A DNA stretch of 57,409 nucleotides, filler included, from Dugesia japonica (Eukaryota): the NCBI GenBank assembly GCA_001938525.1. It is 5 parts of 5 records of this genome, joined end to end, with 100 filler letters (N's around TTAATTAATTAA, not from the genome) between each part and the next. Parts side by side here need not be neighbours in the genome. Positions count along the whole stretch, not along the records: positions 10,827 to 20,224 come from MQRL01611457.1; positions 20,325 to 34,897 come from MQRL01644644.1; 3 more parts are not named here. One strand, written 5' to 3'. Each line of letters opens with the position of its first letter. The first letter of the stretch is position 1. Under the pieces are notes generated by a model. That model was not told the DNA's origin and did no database searches. It was given only the letters and a program-made list of their open reading frames with translations. The position numbers were made by a program, and so were the translations under genes. Below are positions 12,561 through 24,700 of this stretch, one piece after another.

Positions 12561-12643
12561 AGAAATATTAACAAATCATATTAATTATAGCAAATATTAA
12601 CCAATAGAAACTCACAAATAACGAAAATGTATGTATCACAACT

Positions 12644-12680
12644 AGTATATAAGCAAAGGCTCACATAAAAGTAATCATTT
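12644..12680 (+). promoter_or_regulatory. TATA + Inr core promoter (AGTATATAAGC ... TCATT)
   Basis: TATA at 12646, Inr A at 12677 (31 nt later), CCAAT at 12601, ATG at 12694. The same motif and spacing occur at 46631-46666. Confidence 0.6.
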
Positions 12681-12693
12681 TTACAACTCAAAA

Positions 12694-13160
12694 ATGCAAG
12701 AAAACCAACTAACTAAGAAAAACGTGGAGCTAGGGAAAATTACTGATCTCCTTAATTACAAGTAGTTCTATTTGAAGACTCCAATTATCTATGGCTTCAA
12801 AGTAATTCATTTTTATTTCATTATAAATTAATATTTTTTTAGAAACCAGTTTCAATAAAAAAATCCAAATTTAGTCTGCTTCTATCTGGAATTCATGAGA
12901 AGGATAGAAATATACTGGAAACCATTTTTACCAGATTAAGCAGATAAATTGAAGTCAGTGAGGCTATTTATATAGCCTTTAAAGAAAGAGATGAAAACTA
13001 TTATGATGACAACAGTTATTGAATGATTCAAGTGAAGATTAAAGGCTTTAAGAAATCAATTATTCGGTAGGAGTCATTTAAAAAGTTAAAAACATCGAAA
13101 AGAAAAATTAAATTTGTTTTAGAACTTAATGTTTACTTGGTATTTTTCTTTATTTAAATA
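12694..13160 (+). pseudogene. Decayed spliced gene of unknown function, probably a Polinton early gene
   Basis: MQENQLTKKNVELGKITDLLNYK*FYLKTPIIYGFK, then a 41-bp GT-AG intron (12802-12842), then in-frame KPVSIKKSKFSLLLSGIHEKDRNILETIF. Further stops follow. Confidence 0.4.
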
Positions 13161-13555
13161 AATCTTTAAGAAGTAAATCTTGTTAGTCTTAATTATTTAA
13201 AAAACATTTTTAATACAATATTTAAAAACTAAATAATAATAATACATTTATTTGTTTTAACAAAAATTCAATGGAAACAACAATAATTGTTGTAATTCTA
13301 TAGTTCATTCTGATGTTTTTCCATAGCGACCATCAGATTAAACTTTGCACACTCAATACAGTCAAATGTGCAAAATTCAGCTGTTATATACTGGTTAACA
13401 ATCACGTCTGAAAGCATTGGTTTTTTTTCTTTGCCAATTTTTCCCCGTTTTCCCAAAATATCTGTCAGCATTCCTAAATTAAATTTATTAAAGAAAAATT
13501 ACAAATAAATAACAGACAAACCAGTTTTCAAAAAATTGTCTGCAAAATCTTTCGT

Positions 13556-13798
13556 AATTTAAACGTGCAATACTTGATTCCATTCAAAAATCTTAGACAT
13601 CAGACTGTTGTTGATTTTCTAGAAAGACAAACATATCCAAATAATAGAAAATTTCTTATTGAATCTTTTCAAGATGCAACAGAAATACCACATGGATATA
13701 TATTTCTTGACTTTACACAACAATGTCCAGATGATTATAGAGTAAGAACAGATATATTGAATCCAAATGGTATCACAGTATATAAACAAAATAGGTAA
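13556..13798 (+). pseudogene. Polinton A32-like packaging ATPase, C-terminal fragment
   Basis: NLNVQYLIPFKNLRHQTVVDFLERQTYP...PHGYIFLDFTQQCPDDYRVRTD, homologous to the copy at 45966-46590. Confidence 0.85.
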
Positions 13799-14279
13799 TT
13801 TTTCCTATTACAAAATGACAAAGTTAAAGAAATTTGTAGTTGATCAAGTAACTGATGATGTGTTAAACTTCGAAAATATCTTTTGAGATGAAAAAGTATG
13901 GAAAAAAGAAGAAACAACATTTAAATAAGAAGCAACAAGTAAATAAAATGAATATGTTTAAAAAACTTTCAAAAAGAAGTGGAAAGAAGCTGAGAATGTT
14001 GTACAGTAAAAATATTATAATAAACAAATAAATTGTATGTATTATTTTAATAAATAAAAATGAAATTAAAAAGAAGCATTCCGTTTTTCACAGATTTAAT
14101 TAAATCACCAAAACCTTTTAGAATAAGAATTTTACAATCATTTCCACCATATATTATAGACGATTTACTTGAAATTATTATAATATTGTTCATAGTAATG
14201 TTGATTTGAGTGCATTCAAAATGAAAACATTGAAAAACATAAAAAACTTTATTAACGCTTGTCAACAATGGTTTACTTT

Positions 14280-14790
14280 AATATTAATAATTAAAATAAT
14301 ACTGCTAGTAGTTACATTGTTGAGCTTCAAAATCCAATTTACATGGTCGATAGTAAGGAAGTTGCCATGATGGATTTCACCTTTGTATATTCAGCCATGC
14401 TGATTTACAGTCAATCTAGGATTGTGTATGAATTATTTAAACTAATTGAGATGGAACTAACAATTGTTGTTAACAATAAAGAAAAAAAAATTTAACAGTT
14501 ACTAGTAAAGACAAATATCACAATAATAGAGAAACAGTTATACAATTAACGAACGAAAATATGTTATACTTTAGTAGTGATATTAAATTCCATAATTTAT
14601 CATTTGATACTTTAGAAAACTTGAAAAGATTTTCGTATGATAGAGCTAAAGTAACACAATCGGACAATATTGTAAATCTTGATACTAGTAAACATTTTGG
14701 TGATAAAATTTTTACTATTTGCTTTTATATCTTTAAAAACGATGATTCCGTTGAACAAATAAATATTAAATATTATTATGCAATGATTTA
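14280..14790 (+). pseudogene. Polinton minor capsid (penton, PX), N-terminal part
   Basis: NNTASSYIVELQNPIYM...EVAMMDFTF matches the penton N-termini at 39826 and 45249. Confidence 0.75.
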
Positions 14791-17700
14791 GAAACGTTTA
14801 TCAAACGGTTTGAAATATACTTTGAGGCAAAGAATATCGTTGTTAAGAAAGATCAGGAACGTTGGATAACATGTATACTTCATGAATATTGAATGGAAGC
14901 ATATGTAAAGACATTGAAGAAAGCGGATGGGTATCAAGAGAGAGATTGCGATTAGCTTTTGAGAGCAAGAGAGACATAACAAAAGATTTACATAATCTTT
15001 TAAGCTTTCAAAGTAGTAATGAAGAACTTGAGGTGTATTTTAAAAATGTGGAAGATTTGTTCGATAAATGGAAAGTTGACGAAAGAAAAACTCTTATAAA
15101 AAATGCTTATAATTTGTGCAAATAGTAAAAAAGCAGAGTAAGAGATTATCATGCGAAAATTTGAGAAAGTAGAGAATATAAAACAAACGTTATCATTAGT
15201 TGGAAAAATAGAAAGAAGAGAACCTATTAATGTAGTAAAATCTTACACTAGTGTAACACTCGGAGAACGTTTCGGAGAAAATAGACAAAATATTGAAAGA
15301 GTTACAAAAAGAACAGAACCACAGTGTTGGACATGCCAGATATATGGGCATACAAAAAGAGAGTGTCCAAAAAATTCTCATGTGGAATGTTAGACTTGTC
15401 ACAAAAAAGGGCATTTAAGTAGAAATTGTCCCGACAAGAAATCACCAAAATGTTTTGGGTGTGGTAAAATTGGTCATGCCAGAAGGATGTGCACAGATAT
15501 TGTAGGTGGTAGATGTAAAAGACCAGGTCACAGAGCAGAAGAATGTTATTCAAACATTAGTAAACGTAGACTAGAAGATACAACTTTAAAAGCAGACAAC
15601 AAACAAAAGATTGGAGTCGAACAAAACCGAATCATTCCATTCGAGAAGCATTTGATGATGAGAATAAAGAGAGATTTTCTGAGAGCATAATAAAAAATGA
15701 AGATTCAAGAAGAGAAAACCCAAAAGGCAGGGCTCGGTCAATAGAGGAGTTAGTCGGAGCCATCCATTAAACGAGATACCGTTTGAATATCCTAAAGAGG
15801 CTGAGAAATGGGGTGAGACGAGTAAAGTGAGAGAAAAGCTTTATAGATTCATAAAAATAGAAAGTTTCAATGATGCGGAAGTTAACAAAGCAGAAGTGAT
15901 AGGAATAATTAAAGAAAAACAGAATGCAAAAATTTAGTATGATAAAATGCAAGGGAGACCTAGCTTTTCAGTGAGGATCAATGGTGAACAGTTTGATTGT
16001 TTCTTGGATACAGGAGCAAGAATAAATGTGATGAGCATGAAAGGATTTAAAAGACTCGGAGAAACAATGTCAGAGAAAAGCGAGAAACGATTACATTGCG
16101 CGAATAACAGCTCATTGGAAACGATTGGAAAGTTGTAGTTTCAGAGGTGTGCGAGGAAGTAACATTTATAATAGTAAAGAAATTAATACCAGATCTAATT
16201 GATGGAGTAAAATTTCAGAATACATTTGGGTATCATCTGCAAAAAAGTGCAGGGTAGACATCAATAATCATGGAGGAAGATTTGTTTGCAACATCGAGGC
16301 AAAATTTGGAAGACAAATACAGACAGGTGAACAATTCAGACATGCAATGAAGATTCTAGAAATTAACAAATATCATGGATTGACAGAGATTATTCAAAAT
16401 AATGAGGATGTATTTATGACGGATAAATGGGGCATTGAATGTACACACTTAACGAAGCATCGAATAATCACTAAATGAGGTTCAAGCAACATAAAACCGT
16501 ATCGCCTACCAATGAATCTAGAGGAAAAGATTGAAGAGACCATCAAGAATCTATATGATAATGTTATTATCCGGAAGTGTAACTTGCAATGGAATACGCC
16601 ATTAATCTGTGTTTAGAAAAAGGAAACAAAGGATATACAATTATGCTTAGACTTTAGACAGCTCAATGCAATAACAGAAAGACAAGCGTTTCCTATGCAA
16701 AATGTGGACGAGGTGCTAGATGCTTTGGAAGGTACGCAATAAAATAGCTCAATAGACTTGGGAAATGCACACTACCAACTGAAACTCAGAGAAGATTCTC
16801 AAGAAAAGACGGCTTTTTCAACCAAACAAGGGCTATGTTGTTTCAATAGAATGCCTTTTGGAATTGCAGCAGCACTAGGTACGTTCCAGGAAATGATGAT
16901 TAAAGTAATAGTAAAAATAAAAAGAGCGATGGTTTATCTAGATGATATTCTCATATTTACCGAAACAAAGGAGCAACACTATGAAATAATCAATAAAGTA
17001 TTAACAGAAATTAAGAAGGCTGGTNNNNNNNNNNNNNNNNNNNNNNNNNNNNNNNNNNNNNAGGAGATCAAATTTTTGGGACACGTTATCAGTAAAGGTG
17101 TCAAAACAGATCAAACTCAAATAGAAGCAATTGATAACTTTGGTAAACCAAACTGAGTTAAGAAAATTAGAAGCTTTTTAAGAATTTGCAATTACTATCG
17201 AAAGTTTATTAAAGATTATTCGAAAAAAGCTAGATTGCTGGAACTATTTAGTGGGCCAAGTAGCAAGAAAATTGAATGGGCAAATGAATTAGAAGAAGTT
17301 TTTAATGGAATAAAAGAAGCTCAAATATTATGTTTTACATCCCAGTTTCAAACCTGGATTAATTATTTGAGCAGTTTAGATATAAAATTAGAATTTAGAA
17401 AAAGATCGATTTATACAATTGTGGATATGTTGTCAAAAAATGAATGCGGTTACATGTGCACAATGTCTAATGTCACATGAAGATCCCAAAAGTGGAAAAT
17501 TAAAAACAAGAATGTTAAATACAGTAGATATTCAAGAAAAACAAGGTAATTTTGGTGAGAATGAGGAGGGAACATGGATACCTGATGATAAAGTAGAAGA
17601 AGTTATAATGAGGATACAGCATCTTTTGTGCCATGTTGAAGCAGAAAAAGTAGCAGCGTATATAAAGCATAATTATAACGCGAAAAATTTGTAGAGCAAA

Positions 17701-17820
17701 GAACAAGAGGTTGTGCAAAGCTGTATAACATGTCAGAAAGTTAAAGTGCTGACAACAAAAACGAAGGAAGAAACAAAAAAGACGCAGCCAGCTAAAATGT
17801 TTGAACTGTTATTTATAGAT
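14781..17820 (+). mobile_element. Degenerate Gypsy LTR-retrotransposon internal region (gag-PR-RT-partial RH-partial IN) nested in the Polinton penton gene
   Basis: Gag has CCHC knuckles (15325-15550). Protease reads FLDTGA. RT reads LCLDFRQLN, KTAFST, MPFG, VYLDDILI, FLGH. The integrase zinc finger H...H...CITCQ is present. No LTRs are visible. Confidence 0.92.
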
Positions 17821-18009
17821 ATAAAATTTAAGGATTTTTAAAATAGAAAATTGAATAAATAAAAGATGTTTATTTTAATTAATTTTTTTAAAAATCAAAT
17901 ATATTTTAAAAGAATAAAATATATCTATTTTATTGTATTTTTTTAATCAAAATATAATTTAAATATAATAAAATATAAAAATATATGAAATTAAATATTT
18001 TCAGTTTTA

Positions 18010-18404
18010 AATGTGGATTTTTAAATTTGTTAGTTTAAACAATTAATGATGTTATAAGTTTTATTTTAATAAAGCGTTGTTATGAATTCAAATTTGATAT
18101 TGATGATAAGATAAGTTTTCCAAACTCAACTAACAGTAGTATTGTTGATCCTATAATTGTTGGGGATGTAAATGTTCCTTTATTGATAGCCGCATGGATA
18201 GAACAACATAAGGGGGATGAAATAGTTNNNNNNNNNNNNNNNNNNNNNNNNNNNNNNNNNNNNNNNNNNNNNNNNNNATTTACCTATTTCTTCATCATTT
18301 ATAAACAATATAGAAATCAATATACGTGATGATAGTGAAAAACTAGATATTATGCTGAATACTTAAAAACTCATTTAACGTTACATTTTAGAAAAATTGT
18401 ATAG
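18010..18404 (+). pseudogene. Polinton penton, C-terminal part
   Basis: SSIVDPIIVGDVNVPLL...LPISSSFINNIEINIRDDS...THLTLHFRKIV*. Confidence 0.85.
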
Positions 18405-18819
18405 TACTAGTTAAGCAAGTGAAGAATAACCTCACTTTCTAGGAAAACAGTATGGATCTAGTTGGTTACGAACAATATGTAGTTTTGCTTTACCTATTCT
18501 TAAACGTATTGGTTCTTTAGGTATGAAAACAGCTCAGGATGTACTTGCTAATGATGGAAAAATACTACCCACATTAAAATCTAATTCATTAGCAGAACTA
18601 GGAAATGTAGTTTCTTCGTTACATCGTGAAGTTACCAGCATGATTTCAAAAGTAGCAGGTATATTTCCTCAAAGTATAACAAATAAAATACCATCTAAAA
18701 TAACTAATATGCTAACAAATCAACCTAAAGCAATACCAACTAATAAAAAACGTAAAGAATCACATGCATCACGTATAAATAAACGAATGAGAGGACACGT
18801 AACAATATTTGAAAAATGA
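18400..18819 (+). pseudogene. Polinton small basic core/PW-type protein
   Basis: PHFLGKQYGSSWLRTICSFALPILKRIG followed by a basic C-terminus. It lies between penton and major capsid, and its stop codon overlaps the MCP ATG (ATGA). Confidence 0.7.
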
Positions 18820-19850
18820 TTTGTGGTAAAACTGAATTATGTATTTTGGACCGACCATCTTCACAAGCTGTAATTTCGAAGATGTCTTTCTTATGAATTT
18901 TCAATTTCAGAATCAAGACGTGATGTAGAGTTTTTTATAAATGGATCTCAAACCGAATATTAGGATTTAAATGATACTTTCGTTTAATAATTTCAAAATT
19001 GAAATAAATCTTATCTTCACAAAGCATTGATTGAAACTATAATAAATTATAATGGTGATATTAAGAATATATGTCTTACAGCAATGAGATATGGATCAAA
19101 AGCAAAAAGAAAAAAGTCTATTAAAACATCAAAACAATTATCTCTATGTGGCTCATTACAACTTGATTTCTTGGATCAGCNGAAATACCTTATTCCAGGT
19201 GTCAATGTTCCTATTCGATTGAAATGAGCATCTTCTAAGATTTGTTTGGAAAATGCAGCCAATGCATTTAAATATGTATTACTAAATGCAAAATTAATAA
19301 ATAGACGTGTACGAGTTGAACCATTGGTACTTGCTGCTCATTAAATGGGACTAATAAAGCAAAATGTTATTTATCTGATAAGAACTAAGGAGGTTGTTGC
19401 ATTTGCAATTAGTAAAGACAGTTCATCTTTTTATAAGAAACAAATATTTGGTGATCGTCGATTACCTAGCTTTATTCTAGTTACATTTCAAAGTGGTGAA
19501 CAATATAACTGTAGTTTTAAAGCTCGAGTTCAACATTTCAAAATCTAGATACTGTTTTCGTTTTGTTGACAAAAAACACTAATTATCGAGAAATATGTAC
19601 TCCAGATTTTACAAACGATAATTATACCACAACATATATAACACGTAGTGATTTTAAGGATAATTATACATTCTTTACATTTGTTCTTGCTCCAGATTTT
19701 GATATAAGTCAGAGTCAATTACCTCATCAAAGAAATTTGAGATTGGATATCAAGTTTGCGAAAGCCTTAACAACATCAGCATATGTTATAATTTATGGAG
19801 TATTTGAAAATGAAATTCAGTTTAATGCCAACGGAACAGTATTGGTGTAT
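18816..19850 (+). pseudogene. Polinton major capsid protein (PY), frameshifted
   Basis: MICGKTELCILDRP...VEFFINGSQTEYLDLNDT, LDFLDQxKYLIPGVNV, RRVRV, YTFFTFVLAPD, NLRLDIKFAKAL. Confidence 0.88.
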
Positions 19851-19852
19851 AC

Positions 19853-20060
19853 AATGCTATGTATTCTTGAAATAATAGCAATAAAGTAAGAGTTACTGTT
19901 TAATTTATTAGTTCTATTTAGACTGAACGGACTGCATCAATGTTACATGGAACAGCATATTTCAGTAAACAATGCATTAATCATCAATACTCATACAACA
20001 CATACATGTGGAGAACATTTGATAGATATTTAAAATAAAATTTGATATCAAGATCCATTT
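19853..20060 (+). pseudogene. Adenain-like cysteine protease remnant
   Basis: NALIINTHT...GEH immediately after the MCP. Compare FVINTHTSNLDG at 47080. Confidence 0.55.
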
Positions 20061-20224
20061 ACTGTTTAATAAAAAGAAGCAACATTACAGATGAAATATT
20101 TATTTGCATGTATTTTTAGTTTACAAAATATATGTTTTATTGATCAAACCCAATCTTGTAAATTTATTTTTCTTTACTAAGACGATAGAAAAACATTAAT
20201 TTTGTATAATCCTATATTATAATA

Positions 20225-20324
20225 NNNNNNNNNNNNNNNNNNNNNNNNNNNNNNNNNNNNNNNNNNNNTTAATTAATTAANNNNNNNNNNNNNNNNNNNN
20301 NNNNNNNNNNNNNNNNNNNNNNNN
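20225..20324. other. Artificial contig linker
   Basis: 44N-TTAATTAATTAA-44N. Confidence 0.95.
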
Positions 20325-20715
20325 CCTAAGCACTGAATTCTCACAAGGCTCTTCTTCTAACAACTCTAACACTTTATTTACAACTTTTTTCTCTTTGTTT
20401 GTTCTCTTACTCCGGAACCAGCAGCCTAGGTGGTTTCTGCCATTCTTTTTCATAACTTCGGTATAATTTCTTACTGTTTTAACATATTCATTTTTCTCAT
20501 CAGCTCTATCTAATAATATCAAGGTTCATGTGATTTCTGCTATTGTAGTAAGTTTTCTTGGAATCTCTTCTTCCTGCAATCTAGTATATTCTGATGTGCT
20601 TACCGTAATTTTTGCTAATATCCCTTATTTCTTGAGATTCTTACTCGTAAAATCACTATCCACCAATGCCTCCGCTTTCTTGACAAACATGTCAATCTTC
20701 TGATTGAATGTNTAA
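20325..20715 (-). mobile_element. Possible Gypsy gag-like remnant
   Basis: Semi-open frame NQKIDMFVKKAEALVD...YVKTVRNYTEVMKK with retroelement-like A-rich composition, but no decisive motif. Confidence 0.3.
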
Positions 20716-21119
20716 TTGCAATAATTAGTTTTTTATAGTGGTAGATACTCCTTATCGACCAACAAATTTCTATTTATTATTTTTAAATACTTCTTCAAAG
20801 TTCATAAAAACCCTTTAGAAAGTTTTAATATTTACTTAAAATTTTTTCTTAAAATAATTTACAGAATTTCATTTATAAATTTAAAAATATCATAATAAAT
20901 CTATTATTTTTGAAAATTAAAGAATTTTTACATTGTATATTGATATAACGGCATGAATGTAAATTATTTAATTTGTTTATATATGTAGTAATTTTTCGAA
21001 CTTGGTTTAAAAGTAATTTTAAATTTAAAATAAAACGCTTTTTTTTAATAAATGTTATTCTATATTTATTTTTAGATTTTTAAATTATTTTCTTATTATT
21101 TTTCATTTTTAGAACTAAA

Positions 21120-21764
21120 ATGATTCAATTAAATGATTTATATCAGTCTGTATCACTTACAGCAAAAATCAAATTAATTAAAGAATACAAGAGATTACGA
21201 AATAAACCGTATTCATCAGATCCAAACGATATTTATAGTTATGTAAAATATGTTTCGAAAAATGTTGAGTCTTTGCCTATAACGAAAAATATGGAAAATA
21301 GTTTATTTGTCATTCCTAAACTTCCAAGACAAATTCGAAGGACTAGAAAACCAAAAATAAATCCTGAAAATGTAACAGAAAGCAATAAACCAACGAAAAG
21401 AAAGTATACGAAACGAAATACAAATGAGGGATGTAAAAAAGGCACAGACTGGCAAACTTTTATTAATGAAGTTGAAACTGCAACAAATGAAAAGCGAATT
21501 AAAACTGAAAGTAATGATAATTCTAAACTGATGGAAACCGATCTTTCTGACCAAGAGAATATTTTGCCAACTTATAATGAAGAAGAAGATAATCAGAAAG
21601 ATAAAATGATCAGAGAAGAGAATAATGAGAAAACACCAGAAATTTCTGAATCAAAAGTTTCACCATTTGCGGATATTTATTTGTCAAATAATTTGGAAAT
21701 TATTAACTTGTCGGATTTCATTACAAAAGAAGAAAGCTTCACTGAAAATTATACCCCCGAATAG
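21120..21764 (+). CDS. Intact 214-aa ORF of unknown function (basic NLS-like middle, acidic C-terminus)
   Basis: 645 bp open in very AT-rich surroundings. A polypyrimidine-AG acceptor lies just before the ATG. Basic clusters are RRTRKPK and KRKYTKR. Confidence 0.55.
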   Translation: MIQLNDLYQSVSLTAKIKLIKEYKRLRNKPYSSDPNDIYSYVKYVSKNVESLPITKNMENSLFVIPKLPRQIRRTRKPKINPENVTESNKPTKRKYTKRNTNEGCKKGTDWQTFINEVETATNEKRIKTESNDNSKLMETDLSDQENILPTYNEEEDNQKDKMIREENNEKTPEISESKVSPFADIYLSNNLEIINLSDFITKEESFTENYTPE

Positions 21765-24700
21765 TTTATTTCCATTTTCTCTTAAAAAGATGTATTTAAT
21801 GAAGATTTAAATTTTGTATTTTTTGTATAATCCGATTTTTTAGTAGTAAAATTTAAATATCGATTTCCAATTTAGAATTATTTCTATTTTGGAAATATTT
21901 TATTGAATTTTCTTTCTGATAATAATAATCAGTATTAAAATAAATTATTTACATTTTGTCGACGGTAAAGAAATTTTGTTGGTTTTTATTACTATTTAAC
22001 AATTATTAGGAGTTAATAGGAACATTTTTGTTTCTTTTTAGTTTGTGTTTTGTTTTTCATTGGAATTAGTTTTTTTCGGGATTTGAGGATGCCGTAAAAT
22101 GCTTACAATTTATCGAGAGCAGATTTCGACAAAAATTTTTATTAGAATTTATTTTTGAATAAAGTACTTAGAGGAACTTCGTAAATAACATACCTCCCGC
22201 CACCAGATGCATTTCGTACATTTCTGAACTTCCTTGTGTCAGAGGTTCTCAAACTGTTCACCGCAGCACTCCATGAGTTCTTATGGGTACCCGGAGAATC
22301 ATACATCTTCTATAAAGGATACAAATCCAAAGGACTATAAAATCGATTGAGCTTTATTGGGAATCTATTGTGACAGCAAATTGTAATCGAGGAATAAATA
22401 GCTGGGTAGAGCATAACTGATTCATGTGTTGGATTTTTTATGTTAGATATTCATTATCTCGCTTTCGCATATAATAAACAAATTCATAATCTAGGAGCAT
22501 ACCTAAAAACCACAAGCGTTTATGGTACCATGCCCCTCTTTCCACAGGTTCAGCGCGACTTTATGGTATCGCGTCTTGGACTCTATTACCCCCCGAATCA
22601 TGGTGAACATCTACTCAGTATTTCTTGTCATTTCAAGAAAAATTTAAAATTATTAGAACGGTTAGGTAAAAAAATTCTAACGAGTTTATTCAGAAAAGTA
22701 TGGTTGTAAAATTTATTTGTCGGCTACTACAATTTTATTACACCAGCAAAATCCACCCGTTTGTCAGAACTATCTTTGTTTGTCTCGGGCCATCAATAAT
22801 TTACCCACAATGTTTGGAGGATAATAAACATTGTAGCTTTTCAATCGGCATTTTCAAATGATCTGCCATCAGACGATTTGCTTGCCACAAGATAATTCTT
22901 TTTCTTTGACCTGTTGATATTTTGCAGTGCCTTTTAACAACTGCCCTTTAAGCCGCAAGATCTCGTTGTGAAATTCTTTACGCTCCTCTACCCATCTTTT
23001 CTGTGCGATTACCAGTTCTTTATTACGTGATTGTTACTCAACAGATTTTTTCACTAAAACATTTCTAAAGTAATTAATTAGTAGAAAATAATGAAAATGA
23101 ATTAATAATAATTTAGATTGTAGTTAGAACTCTAATTTTTTATTCAATTTAAATAAGAAACCACTGCATATGCCACCAATTTAAGTAATGACAATCGCCT
23201 ATCATTATTCTCACTATCGCCGCCTCTGCAGCTCACAATTTTATAATGAAACACTATCTTGACCTACATANCACTTTACCAAACATCCGAAGACAGAAAA
23301 ATTTCCGAACATAAATTCATTTATTTTTTTCGACTCGATCTTGACGATCACTGGGTCCGGCTTCTAGGTAGTGACCTCAGTGTCATCAATAAGCTCTCTC
23401 AGCACTCTTTTCTATATGCGTTCAATCAGTAGACGGTAATCGATCATTTGCTGGGTGGTCACTGAGATGTCGTGGGATGTTGTTTACAAGTCTAAACGCC
23501 ACTGCACTAGACGAATATTCAATTTTTCGTTCTCATCTCGGAGTACCTTCAACTGTCATTTCAATTCGAAATTCTGCTTGACTAACTCCTGCTGGCCCAA
23601 TTTTATTTCCTGACTGTCTTTCTTATGCGGTTTCTTCTGTTCTTTCAATAATTCGACTGCGTTTCTCCACGGAATCCAGAATGTCCGCAATTTTTGAATA
23701 TCATTCACTTTTCAGCTGGTTACCTTGTATAACTCCTGGCTAATTTATATGTCGCTATTCTAAGTCTTTGTCTGACTGGGAGTGATTTGCTTGTTTTGTT
23801 ACTATTTTTGTGTTCAGTAGATAAAGCACTAGTGACTGGACCAGAATGGCGTTATATCAATTAAAATATAATAATAATATCAAATGTGTTTTAGCATAAG
23901 CATAGTAAATAAAATGGATCGTAGATACTCTTCTAATATATTATTATATTATGCTATATCATTTTATTATTTAGTTAAATATTTTCTTCATAATTTTCGA
24001 AAAAAAACTATTTCTTTTCTCCAAATTTGGGTCAGTTTTATATAATAATTCCATAAGAATTATAATAATAATAATTATATAATAATAATCATAATAATAC
24101 TAATCATGATAATCAGCTTTCTAGTCCAGCACTAATAAATTTCTTTATTTTTTGCTAGACTTTCGTGTTTGTTGTCTATTTGTCTGTAAACTTTTGGACT
24201 CTTTATTACTCAAATTTTTAAGCGTTCTAGACCAACAAATACGTATGACTATTTCTGACCATTCACAAATATTTCGAGGACAAGTCTGATTATCCTTTTT
24301 TGGCTCTGATTTTCGTTACTTGATCTTTCTTTAGAATGACATGGTTGTTTGTCTGAGCTTTGGCATATATTCTTATACTTTTATTTTACTGTTAGCAATT
24401 GTCTTAGTATTTCTTTAGCTCTTCTTCCATGGTTTGTTCCTCCGCCACTGACCACTCTTTCTCTGTTAGATGATATTATCATATTGATTCGTGGTCATTT
24501 ATTTTGTAGGATTTTATTCAATTTCTTTCAAGACTGCTTTTTAGGTTTTTTCCCGTTGCTGAATCGCAAATTTTATGGCTTCTGAATTCGTTCATTGCAC
24601 GCCATTTTGTTCCGTTTTTGTGCACAATTAGAATACTATTTTATTTCTTGCATTTTCCAGATGTTCTTTTCTTTTGAGATTATTAAGATGTCAAATAGAT

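Noticed and set aside
22240-22295. CAGAGGTTCTCAAACTG hAT-like terminus
   Set aside because: No matching opposite end or transposase was found; too short to call.
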